A DNA stretch of 64,000 bases, taken from NCBI GenBank assembly GCA_028704975.1, contig JAQWEK010000001.1:29038-93037 (forward strand), in the 5' to 3' direction. The DNA comes from Bacteroidales bacterium. Lineage in GTDB: Bacteria; Bacteroidota; Bacteroidia; Bacteroidales; UBA932. A program made the position numbers and the translations under genes. Below the pieces are notes generated by a model that made no database searches, was not told the origin of the DNA, and was given only the letters and a program-made list of their open reading frames with translations. This document shows positions 56,647 to 64,000 of this stretch, one piece after another (position 1 is the first letter of the stretch; each line of letters opens with the position of its first letter).

Positions 56647-58855
56647 TAAAATTTTTATTTTGACTGCAGCACTTGCAGTCATTTCTTATAGTGCGGCGTC
56701 AGGTGCGCCGGGACACATTAGTAAAGAGAAGGATACAACTGCAGCTGTTAAGACGGAAAATCTTGGTTCTGTGACTGTTAGCAGTATGCGCTTGAACAGA
56801 AAACTTATGGAGGTGCCGGCCTCTATGAGTATTGCCGGAGCTTTTGATTATAAGAAGAACTCCTCTTTTTCTGTTGCAAATATTTTGAATTCGGAGCCTG
56901 GAATTTCAATTGGCGGTGACGGTATTTGGTCTACAAATGTTGTGGTTCGCGGACTTGGTGAGAGCCGTTTGGTTACTTTAATTGACGGCGACAGGGTGGA
57001 AACGGCAAGTGATTTAACTGCGTCCTTAAGCATGGTAGACATTAACAATATTGATAGAGTGGAAGTTATAAAAGGCGCTCAATCATCTCTTTATGGCAGC
57101 GGTGCTCTCGGCGGAATTGTAAATGTAATTACAAAGGACGGACGGTTTACACCCCGCTTTCATGTAGGGGGCGGAGTTACTCCGTCATTCTCAACGGTTA
57201 ACAAGTACTTCTCAAATAATGTATTTTTGAATTTTGGCGACAAGAAATGGTATTTGAGAGTCAGTGACAGTTACGGCAGAGCGCATGATATTCACACGCC
57301 TGAAGGGAAAATTAATAACAGCGGATTTAAGACGAATGATTTTTCAGTCAGAGCTGCATTTAAACCATTTGCAAATCAAATATTTAAAGTTCAATATCAG
57401 CGCAACTGGTCAAAAGATGTCGGCATACCCGGCGGTGCGGCATTCCCCGGACCTGCTACCGCTTCATACAAGAAAATCGGCAGGGCTTTGTTTGATGCAA
57501 GTTATGAAATAACAAACATCACAGGTGTGTTTACCTCTTTGAAATTCAGGTACTATAATCAGTATATCATTCGCAACGTTGAGATGACTCCAAATACTAC
57601 AACTACTGTTAAGATGGCAAACGGTATGACGCAGGCAACGACCCCCAATCTCCTGACTCCTCATGCAACTCATAAAACTAATGGCGGAGAAATTCAGGGA
57701 ACATGGAAATTGTCAGATAATCAGACTTTTGTCGGAGGAGCGGATTTGTGGAGAAGGGATATTAATAGTAGCAGAGTGAAGTACATTACGGTAAATGTTA
57801 TTAAGCCAAACGGAGATACACTTAAGACAAATCACGTTGAGAGGGGAGAAACTCCGCTTCCTGACGCCTCATTTACCAGCGCAGGTGTTTTTGCTCAAGA
57901 TGAACTTCATTTGCTTGGCAACAAATTAACCTTAACTGCAGGAGCAAGGGCAGATCGGGTATGGATAAAGAATGAAAAGTGCTTTGACGTAGATTATATA
58001 GTTCTCAATGGAGTGAGAGATGACGCCCCTGCTACTCAAAGAGTTACATTTGACAAGAGCAACACGCACAATACGTCCTGGAGCGCAAACATGGGAGCCA
58101 TTTATAAATTGACCGATAATGTTGACGCTGTGTTTAATGCCGCCCGTTCATTTAGAGTTGCATCATTGGACGAGCGTTATAAATATATCGACCTTGGAAA
58201 TTACGTTAGGCTGGGCAATCCTAATTTGAAATCTGAAAACGGATACTCTTTTGACCTTGGTCTAAGAGTTTGGGGCTCAAAGATAAACGTCCAGGCTTCC
58301 GTGTTTGTAAACAGAATCAATAATCTTATTGTAGAGAAAAACGGGGAGTTTATTTATACTCTTGCAACCTCCGGTGTAAAGGATACATTGCCTGCACTTG
58401 TTAACGCTAATGTAGATAGGGCGCTGTTGTACGGCTTTGATTTTAAGGCAGATTATAATGTAATTGATAATCTTGTCTTATCTGCCGCCGTATCTTATGT
58501 AAGAGGAAAAGACACAAAGGCAAAAACCAGTCTTCCGCAGATACCTCCTTTTAATGCAAGGATTGGTGCACGCTATTCATTTACCAAAATTTGTTCTGCA
58601 GAACTGGATTGGACTCTTGCTGCAAAACAGGGCAAAGTTGCTGAAGGAGAGACTGAAACCGCCGGATACGGTAAATTGGATTTTGCCGTTAACTCTGTTA
58701 ATTTTAGGATAATTCACGGTTTATGGTTGCAGGTTTTTGCAGGTATTGATAATATTACGGACAATACTTACACTAATCATTTATCTACTAATAGAGGAAG
58801 CATAAGCATAGAACCCGGCAGGAATTTCTTTGCCAGAGCATGTTTTACGTTCTAG
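56636..58855 (+). CDS. TonB-dependent receptor
   Basis: 739 aa. Signal peptide, then a plug domain (VVRGLGESRLVTLIDGDRVE, VEVIKGAQSSLYGSGALGGIVNVITK), a 22-strand-type barrel region and a terminal aromatic ...ARACFTF. The start overlaps the upstream ORF by 11 nt. Confidence 0.9.
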   Translation: MMSNKIFILTAALAVISYSAASGAPGHISKEKDTTAAVKTENLGSVTVSSMRLNRKLMEVPASMSIAGAFDYKKNSSFSVANILNSEPGISIGGDGIWSTNVVVRGLGESRLVTLIDGDRVETASDLTASLSMVDINNIDRVEVIKGAQSSLYGSGALGGIVNVITKDGRFTPRFHVGGGVTPSFSTVNKYFSNNVFLNFGDKKWYLRVSDSYGRAHDIHTPEGKINNSGFKTNDFSVRAAFKPFANQIFKVQYQRNWSKDVGIPGGAAFPGPATASYKKIGRALFDASYEITNITGVFTSLKFRYYNQYIIRNVEMTPNTTTTVKMANGMTQATTPNLLTPHATHKTNGGEIQGTWKLSDNQTFVGGADLWRRDINSSRVKYITVNVIKPNGDTLKTNHVERGETPLPDASFTSAGVFAQDELHLLGNKLTLTAGARADRVWIKNEKCFDVDYIVLNGVRDDAPATQRVTFDKSNTHNTSWSANMGAIYKLTDNVDAVFNAARSFRVASLDERYKYIDLGNYVRLGNPNLKSENGYSFDLGLRVWGSKINVQASVFVNRINNLIVEKNGEFIYTLATSGVKDTLPALVNANVDRALLYGFDFKADYNVIDNLVLSAAVSYVRGKDTKAKTSLPQIPPFNARIGARYSFTKICSAELDWTLAAKQGKVAEGETETAGYGKLDFAVNSVNFRIIHGLWLQVFAGIDNITDNTYTNHLSTNRGSISIEPGRNFFARACFTF

Positions 58856-58883
58856 GTTTTTATATAATGTGTATAGATGGAAA

Positions 58884-58912
58884 GAGGGTGGCTAAAAGTT
58901 TTAGCCACCCTC
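58884..58912. terminator. Strong intrinsic terminator hairpin after the TonB-dependent receptor
   Basis: Perfect 14-nt inverted repeat gagggtggctaaaa / ttttagccaccctc around a single central base, starting 29 nt after the stop codon. Confidence 0.7.
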
Positions 58913-59046
58913 ATCCCTTTTATCCAAGTCTGCTATGTGCCATATGATTTTTTTCTAAAGCAGGGTTAAACAATTTATCAAGCCAAAACAACATGAGGAC
59001 TGAAAATCTAACCATATAGCCTATATAGAACGTGGAGAATAAGGTT

Positions 59047-59083
59047 ACAAAAAACACAAAACAAAAAACACAAAACAAAAAAC
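59047..59083. repeat. 14-nt tandem repeat (acaaaaaacacaaa), about 2.6 copies
   Basis: Read directly from the sequence: 59047-59060 and 59061-59074 are identical, and 59075-59082 repeats the first 8 nt. Confidence 0.9.
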
Positions 59084-59124
59084 TGCGCCAACCTGTTCTA
59101 TCGCACTCCGTCAGCATTTATTTA

Positions 59125-59163
59125 TCAAATGTAACAACTTTGGTACTTTTTTTATACATTTGA
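59125..59163. promoter_or_regulatory. 9-bp perfect inverted repeat whose arms are back-to-back TACATTTG -7 boxes (divergent promoter/operator candidate)
   Basis: tcaaatgta (59125-59133) and tacatttga (59155-59163). Each arm contains a TAnnTTTG match pointing outward. The plus-strand box is 88 nt upstream of the LysR ATG. Confidence 0.4.
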
Positions 59164-59249
59164 ATTATTAATTGTTTTAATTAATACTATTGATATTTTT
59201 TATCATAGTATTATTGCCTGTTTTAATGTGCTTTAAAGTATTTCTCAAT

Positions 59250-60146
59250 ATGGAACTTACACAACTCAAATATTTTGTAAAGCTTGCCGATGAATTGAAT
59301 TTCACGGAGGCGGCAAAGCAGCTGTTTATCACTCAAAGTACGCTGTCGCTGAGTATTAAAAAACTTGAAGATGAGTGTGGAACTCCGCTTTTTGACAGAG
59401 TTGGGAAGAGCACATACATTACAGATGCGGGAAGAGTGTTTGCGGATTTTGCAAGAAGGGCTATTAAAGAGACGGATTCCGGTATAAGATACGTGAGAGA
59501 AATGAAAGGAATTTTCAATGGAAGGTTAAATATTGGAGTGACTTTTAGTCTTCATGACATACTTAATGACGGCATATTGCAATTCACTGATAAATACCCT
59601 GATGCAAGCTTAAGCATAATTGAGTCCAATTCTGTAAAAAAGCTGGAAGAGATGGTTCTTAGGGGAAAAATTGATTTTGCTCTTACTTATGCAACAAGCA
59701 AAATGTCCAATTATTTGGAAAGTATCCCCCTGTTTGAAACGCCGCTTTGTGTTATAGCTAAAAAAGGGCATCCGATTACCGCTCAGAAAAAAGTTCTTTT
59801 ATCGGATTTGAGGAAATATCCCTTTGTGTTTTTCCCTTACGGCATTAACACAAGAATGGAGACGGAAAAAATGTTTATACATAATAATACCCCAATAATA
59901 ACTCCGCGGATAGAAGTTAATGATACCGGTCTGATTCTCAAAATGGTTGGGACGGGCAAATGGCTTACAATCTTATCGGAAGGAGTTACCGCCAACCGTG
60001 ATAATCTTGCTGCCGTGCATATTTCTTCACGAACGGGCAATAAACTCAAATGCTGTATTATACGTCCAAAAGAAAAATATATTTCTCTGCTGGAGAAAGA
60101 TTTTATTCAAATAGTCAAGAACTGTTTGAATAAAAAAGCCGTCTGA
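59250..60146 (+). CDS. LysR family transcriptional regulator
   Basis: N-terminal wHTH MELTQLKYFVKLADELNFTEAAKQLFITQSTLSLSIKKLEDECGTPLFDR plus a substrate-binding domain. ATG at 59250 chosen over the track start 59190. Confidence 0.9.
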   Translation: MELTQLKYFVKLADELNFTEAAKQLFITQSTLSLSIKKLEDECGTPLFDRVGKSTYITDAGRVFADFARRAIKETDSGIRYVREMKGIFNGRLNIGVTFSLHDILNDGILQFTDKYPDASLSIIESNSVKKLEEMVLRGKIDFALTYATSKMSNYLESIPLFETPLCVIAKKGHPITAQKKVLLSDLRKYPFVFFPYGINTRMETEKMFIHNNTPIITPRIEVNDTGLILKMVGTGKWLTILSEGVTANRDNLAAVHISSRTGNKLKCCIIRPKEKYISLLEKDFIQIVKNCLNKKAV

Positions 60147-60161
60147 TTAAGGACGGCTTTT
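60134..60161. terminator. Bidirectional intrinsic terminator between convergent LysR gene and nqrF
   Basis: Stem aaaagccgtc / gacggctttt (10 bp), 8-nt loop, A-run on one side and T-run on the other. The LysR stop codon sits in the loop. Confidence 0.7.
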
Positions 60162-60182
60162 TGTTCACATGTTTCAATTCTT

Positions 60183-61433
60183 CTATGCGCCAAAATTATC
60201 GTACATGATGTTTTCCGGCTGTACTCCAAGATTATCCAGCATCTTAATTGCAGATGATGTCATCATAGGAGGTCCGCACAGGTAATATTCAACATCTTCC
60301 GGGGCGGGGTGATTCTTAAGGTACTCATCAAACAATACTTGATGGATGAATCCTTTTGAACCGGTCCACTTGTCTTCCGGAAGAGCATCTGAAAGTGCGA
60401 TGTGGAAAGAGAAGTTTGGATTTTCTTTTGCAATCTCCTCAAAATCACTTTCATAGAATATTTCTCTCTTTGAACGTGCGCCATACCAGAAACTGACTTT
60501 TCTCTTTGTATGAAGAGTCTTGAACAGGTGGAAAATGTGAGAACGCATCGGAGCCATTCCGGCGCCTCCGCCTATAAACACAATCTCATTTTCCGTGTCT
60601 TTAATAAAGAATTCTCCGTAAGGACCTGATACAGTGACCTTATCTCCCGTCTTCAATGAGTAAATATATGATGAACATATGCCCGGGTTCACCGGCATCA
60701 TGCCGCCTTTTGCTCTGTCAAACGGTGGGGTTGCAATTCTTACGTTCAGCATAATGATATTGCCTTCCGCAGGATGGTTGGCCATTGAGTATGCCCGGAA
60801 CGTAGGCTCGGGGTTAACCATTTTAAGGTCAAATAAATGCATCTTGTCCCAATCCGGCTTGAACTCCGGTTCAACTGAAATGTTCCTATAATCCACGCTG
60901 CATTTTGGAACATCTATTTGAATATATCCGCCGCTTCTGAAGTTTAATTTTTCACCTTCAGGCAACTTTACCACAAATTCTTTAATAAATGTTGCAACAT
61001 TTCTGTTGCTAACCACAGTGCATTCCCATTTCTTAACACCCAGAACTTCCGGAGGAAGAAGGATGCCAAGGTTCTCTTTAACCTTAACCTGACAGCCAAG
61101 TCTCCAATTGTTTATCTGCTGTTTGCGTGAGAAGAACCCAACCTCTGTCGGGAGTATAGTACCTCCTCCGCTGATTACCTGGCATTTGCACATTCCGCAA
61201 CTTCCTTTGCCGCCGCACGCGGAAGGGAGATAAACCTTCTGTTCAGCCAATGTTGAAATAAGTGAATTCCCCGCATTTACCTCCAACTTTTTTTCTCCGT
61301 TATTAATATCTATTGTCACAGTCCCGGAAGGAGTCAGCTTTGTTTTAGCATAAAGCAGCAAACCAACCAGCAACAAAGTAATTATCAGAAAAATTACTAT
61401 TGAGGCAACTACAACCAATGTCATACTATTCAT
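60183..61433 (-). CDS. nqrF: Na+-translocating NADH:quinone oxidoreductase subunit F
   Basis: N-terminal TM, a 2Fe-2S ferredoxin domain (CGGKGSCGMCKC) and an FNR-like FAD/NADH domain (RAYSMAN, GGGAGMAPM). Confidence 0.93.
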   Translation of the reverse strand: MNSMTLVVVASIVIFLIITLLLVGLLLYAKTKLTPSGTVTIDINNGEKKLEVNAGNSLISTLAEQKVYLPSACGGKGSCGMCKCQVISGGGTILPTEVGFFSRKQQINNWRLGCQVKVKENLGILLPPEVLGVKKWECTVVSNRNVATFIKEFVVKLPEGEKLNFRSGGYIQIDVPKCSVDYRNISVEPEFKPDWDKMHLFDLKMVNPEPTFRAYSMANHPAEGNIIMLNVRIATPPFDRAKGGMMPVNPGICSSYIYSLKTGDKVTVSGPYGEFFIKDTENEIVFIGGGAGMAPMRSHIFHLFKTLHTKRKVSFWYGARSKREIFYESDFEEIAKENPNFSFHIALSDALPEDKWTGSKGFIHQVLFDEYLKNHPAPEDVEYYLCGPPMMTSSAIKMLDNLGVQPENIMYDNFGA

Positions 61434-61444
61434 TCTCTATCCTC

Positions 61445-62083
61445 CTACAATTTGACACCCATGAAACTCATAAATGCTATTCCCATCAATCCTGCAATGA
61501 TAAATGTAATGCCGAGACCTCTAAGCGGTTTAGGAACATTAGAGTAGGCCAGCTTCTCTCTGATGGCTGCAATGGAAACAATTGCCAGGAACCAGCCAAA
61601 GCCGCTCCCAAGTCCGTAAACCGTTGCTTGTCCGAGGGTTGCAAACCCTTTCTCCTGCATAAATAATGAAGCTCCAAGTATTGCACAGTTAACTGCAATA
61701 AGAGGCAGGAATATTCCAAGTGATGAATAAAGTGACGGTGAGTATTTCTCCACAACCATCTCAACCAGCTGAGTGATTGATGCAATAACGGCAATGAAAA
61801 TAATGAAGCTTAAAAAGCTTAAATCCACATTCGCAAGTGAAGGGGATATCCATGTAAGGCATCCATCTGTAAGCAGGTATCTGTTTAAAAGATAGTCAAT
61901 AGGAAGAGTTACTCCAATTACGAATATAACCGCAACTCCAAGCCCTGCAGCCGTCTTTACATTTTTTGATACCGCCAGAAATGAGCACATTCCAAGGAAG
62001 TAGGCAAATATCATATTGTCTACAAAGATGGATTTTACAAATAAACTAAGTAAATCTTGCATAGCTAATATTCTATTTGTCAT
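61445..62083 (-). CDS. nqrE: Na+-translocating NADH:quinone oxidoreductase subunit E
   Basis: Matches NqrE blocks LSLFVKSIFVDNM, GMCSFLAVSK and LPLIAVNCAILG. The real start may be the internal Met at 62062 (MQDLLSLFVK), which removes the overlap with nqrD. Confidence 0.9.
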   Translation of the reverse strand: MTNRILAMQDLLSLFVKSIFVDNMIFAYFLGMCSFLAVSKNVKTAAGLGVAVIFVIGVTLPIDYLLNRYLLTDGCLTWISPSLANVDLSFLSFIIFIAVIASITQLVEMVVEKYSPSLYSSLGIFLPLIAVNCAILGASLFMQEKGFATLGQATVYGLGSGFGWFLAIVSIAAIREKLAYSNVPKPLRGLGITFIIAGLMGIAFMSFMGVKL

Positions 62084-62693
62084 TTAAATCTTTCTGGAAA
62101 CTTCTCTGAATCCATATCAGGCAGCCGATTAAAATCAGTGCCATTGGAGGCATGATAAAGAGACCGTTATTCAAATAATGTCCTCCCTCCTTCACATACC
62201 ATGAAAGCGGAATAATTTGAATTCCAAACAGCGTGCCGCTGCCAATCAATTCTCTTATAAATGCCAGAACTACAAGGATTAAGCCATAGCCTAATCCGTT
62301 GGCAAGACCATCAACCAAAGAAGGCAGAGGTTTCTCTGAAAGTCCAAATGCCTCAATTCTTCCCATGATTATACAGTTAGTAATAATAAGTCCAACGTAT
62401 ACGGATAGCTGTTTACTTACGTCATAAGCATAAGCCTTCAAAAATTGTTCAATGACAATTACAAACATTGCCACAACAACCAGCTGGACTATAATTCTAA
62501 TTCTATTAGGAATGCTCTTTCTAATCAGCGAAATCAAGAAGCTGGAGAATCCCGTGACAATTGTAACTGACAAAGCCATAACAATTGCAGGCTCCAGTTT
62601 TACAGTTACCGCAAGAGATGAGCAAATACCCAGGACCAAAACAGTAATCGGATTGGCCTTTAAAATAGGGGTTGTAAATATCTTTTTATCCAT
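62073..62693 (-). CDS. nqrD: Na+-translocating NADH:quinone oxidoreductase subunit D
   Basis: NqrD blocks VLGICSSLAVT, IRIIVQLVVVA and KQLSVYVGLIITNCIIMGR. Confidence 0.92.
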   Translation of the reverse strand: MDKKIFTTPILKANPITVLVLGICSSLAVTVKLEPAIVMALSVTIVTGFSSFLISLIRKSIPNRIRIIVQLVVVAMFVIVIEQFLKAYAYDVSKQLSVYVGLIITNCIIMGRIEAFGLSEKPLPSLVDGLANGLGYGLILVVLAFIRELIGSGTLFGIQIIPLSWYVKEGGHYLNNGLFIMPPMALILIGCLIWIQRSFQKDLNDK

Positions 62694-62701
62694 TGCTATA
62701 A

Positions 62702-63568
62702 CTATTTAATAGTGAGCGTATCGGCTGCTGCTATGCTATTTGCCTCTGTCTGTATGAATTCGGCATTGTCTGCAGCATCTTTATTCTCTTTGTTCTTCTG
62801 AATGTAAGGCAAGTAATATTGCAGCCAGTTCATAATCATTGACTGTACTGCGGTGCTGGTTATTGTAGCTCCCGACAGTGCATCAACTTCATGCTGTTTA
62901 TCTTTTGCCCCTCCTTTAACAACTTTTACAGAGACAAGGTTATCATCTTTAAAAATTTCCTTGCCCTTGAATTGGTCTCTGAATTTGTTTGTTACAATCT
63001 CTGCGCCTAGTCCGGGAGTCTCGCTCTTGTGATCAAACAAAGCTCCGTAAACCGTGCGGAAATCATCCTCTAAGGAGACATATCCCCAGATAGGACCCCA
63101 TAGTCCGGGACCATAGCAGGATAGAATACTAACCTCTTTTCCGTCTGCGGTGCGACATACAAAAACAGGAAGCTTAAGCTCTGCCATAAGTCTTTCCTTT
63201 TCTGAATTACTGGTTGCAGCGGCAATTTTTTTCATTGTCTCATATTGCTCTTCCGGAGAAATTTGAAACGCCTCGCTCTTTACAAGGTTGGTAGAATCAG
63301 TTTTGACTATTTCTCCTTTAGCATTTATAACCAGACCTTTAACTACATACTTGTTAAATTCTCCCTCTACGTAGCTGTTCTTGTCAGGAGCATTTTTTAC
63401 ATCCTGAGCAAGTCCCGCAGAACCAAGCATGCTGAGTTGTTTTTCCACATCAATATTGGTTTGCTGTTTTGCCTTCAGTCCCATTGCAACAACAGCTAAG
63501 ACGGCGGCTACTACTACAACCAATACGGTTGAATATATAATAGTGTATGAATTTTTATTTGTATCCAT
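62702..63568 (-). CDS. nqrC: Na+-translocating NADH:quinone oxidoreductase subunit C
   Basis: N-terminal TM plus the FMN-attachment block DALSGATITS. The ATG at 63568 lies 1 nt after the nqrB stop; the track start 63604 overlaps nqrB. Confidence 0.9.
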   Translation of the reverse strand: MDTNKNSYTIIYSTVLVVVVAAVLAVVAMGLKAKQQTNIDVEKQLSMLGSAGLAQDVKNAPDKNSYVEGEFNKYVVKGLVINAKGEIVKTDSTNLVKSEAFQISPEEQYETMKKIAAATSNSEKERLMAELKLPVFVCRTADGKEVSILSCYGPGLWGPIWGYVSLEDDFRTVYGALFDHKSETPGLGAEIVTNKFRDQFKGKEIFKDDNLVSVKVVKGGAKDKQHEVDALSGATITSTAVQSMIMNWLQYYLPYIQKNKENKDAADNAEFIQTEANSIAAADTLTIK

Positions 63569-63569
63569 C

Positions 63570-64000
63570 TTATTCTGTTTTAGATTCTTCATTAACCGCA
63601 GCAACTGCTCTCTTCATCCTTCTGTTAATGTTGGGGCGCATGACCAGATAATCAATAAGCGGCGCCATCGTGTTGAACATCAGAATAGAAAGCATCATAC
63701 CCTCTCTGTATCCCGGATTGAATAATCTAAGCGTGATACAGAAGGCTCCAATCAAGAATCCGTAAATCCATTTGCCGACTTCTGTCTGACAAGAACTTAC
63801 AGGATCAGTCGCCATGTAAACAATTCCAAATGCAAAACCTCCCATAACCAAATGGTAAACTGCAGGCACTGCCGCGTATGTTCCGGGAGCCGCAAATGCA
63901 TTGACAAGAAGACCTATTCCTAAGGCGCCGGCAACACCGGAAACCATTATCTTCCAGCTTGCTACTCCTGCGCATATAAGAATTATTGCTCCAATTAAAA
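63570..64000 (-). CDS. nqrB: Na+-translocating NADH:quinone oxidoreductase subunit B (3' part; the gene runs off the window end)
   Basis: C-terminal NqrB blocks GFAFGIVYMATDPVS and SILMFNTMAPLIDY. The reading frame is open to position 64000. Confidence 0.88.
   Translation of the reverse strand, partial: LIGAIILICAGVASWKIMVSGVAGALGIGLLVNAFAAPGTYAAVPAVYHLVMGGFAFGIVYMATDPVSSCQTEVGKWIYGFLIGAFCITLRLFNPGYREGMMLSILMFNTMAPLIDYLVMRPNINRRMKRAVAAVNEESKTE

Noticed and set aside
60183-61433. NqrF (2Fe-2S ferredoxin plus FNR-like domain) as the missing E3 reductase for the CDP-dideoxyhexose pathway.
   Set aside because: It shares the fold family with E3, but it has the NqrF membrane anchor and sits in a complete, tightly packed nqrBCDEF operon. 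Nothing in the sequence links it to the sugar pathway. The same applies to the PyrK-like protein at 6169-7029, which is paired with its GltD-like partner.

Overview
This 64-kb window looks like a low-GC Bacteroidota-type chromosome. The signs are recurrent TAnnTTTG -7 boxes, almost no Shine-Dalgarno sites, a TonB-dependent receptor, DUF4290-ftsK-lolA synteny and a Na+-NQR operon. I count 57 protein genes and one initiator-type tRNA. I see no rRNA, CRISPR array, transposase, integrase or phage genes.

Layout:
- 1-10.1 kb, housekeeping: tilS, sppA, a secreted GH9-deacetylase fusion, an NfnAB-like oxidoreductase pair, hisS, tRNA-fMet.
- 10.2-39.1 kb, accessory: a ~29-kb Wzx/Wzy-type surface-polysaccharide locus. 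It holds 8 glycosyltransferase proteins (9 GT domains), a CDP-3,6-dideoxyhexose module, an amino-sugar N-acylation module and an inverted MBOAT/SGNH O-acylation pair.
- 39.1-42.7 kb: two cytoplasmic hybrid histidine-kinase/receiver proteins flanking a membrane EEP phosphoesterase.
- 42.7-50.8 kb, housekeeping: DUF4290, ftsK, lolA-like, NUDIX, pyrE, AraC, an RsmF-like methyltransferase.
- 50.9-58.9 kb: a divergent uptake cluster. One arm is an SBP/permease/ATPase ABC importer plus two signal-peptide PepC paralogs. The other arm is a small ACT-like protein plus a TonB-dependent receptor.
- 59-64 kb: LysR regulator and nqrFEDCB (nqrB truncated by the window edge).

Best candidates for something undescribed:
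1. The polysaccharide locus has no Wza/OPX exporter and no UpxY/Z. It opens instead with a CheY-like receiver, a priming transferase with an Asp-less receiver-like N-domain, a short single-repeat TolC-like outer-membrane protein and a Wzc-like co-polymerase with a degenerate kinase domain.
2. The TBDR / ACT-like protein / NitT-TauT ABC importer / twin exported PepC cluster.

All functional calls rest on motif recognition by eye. No database search was run.
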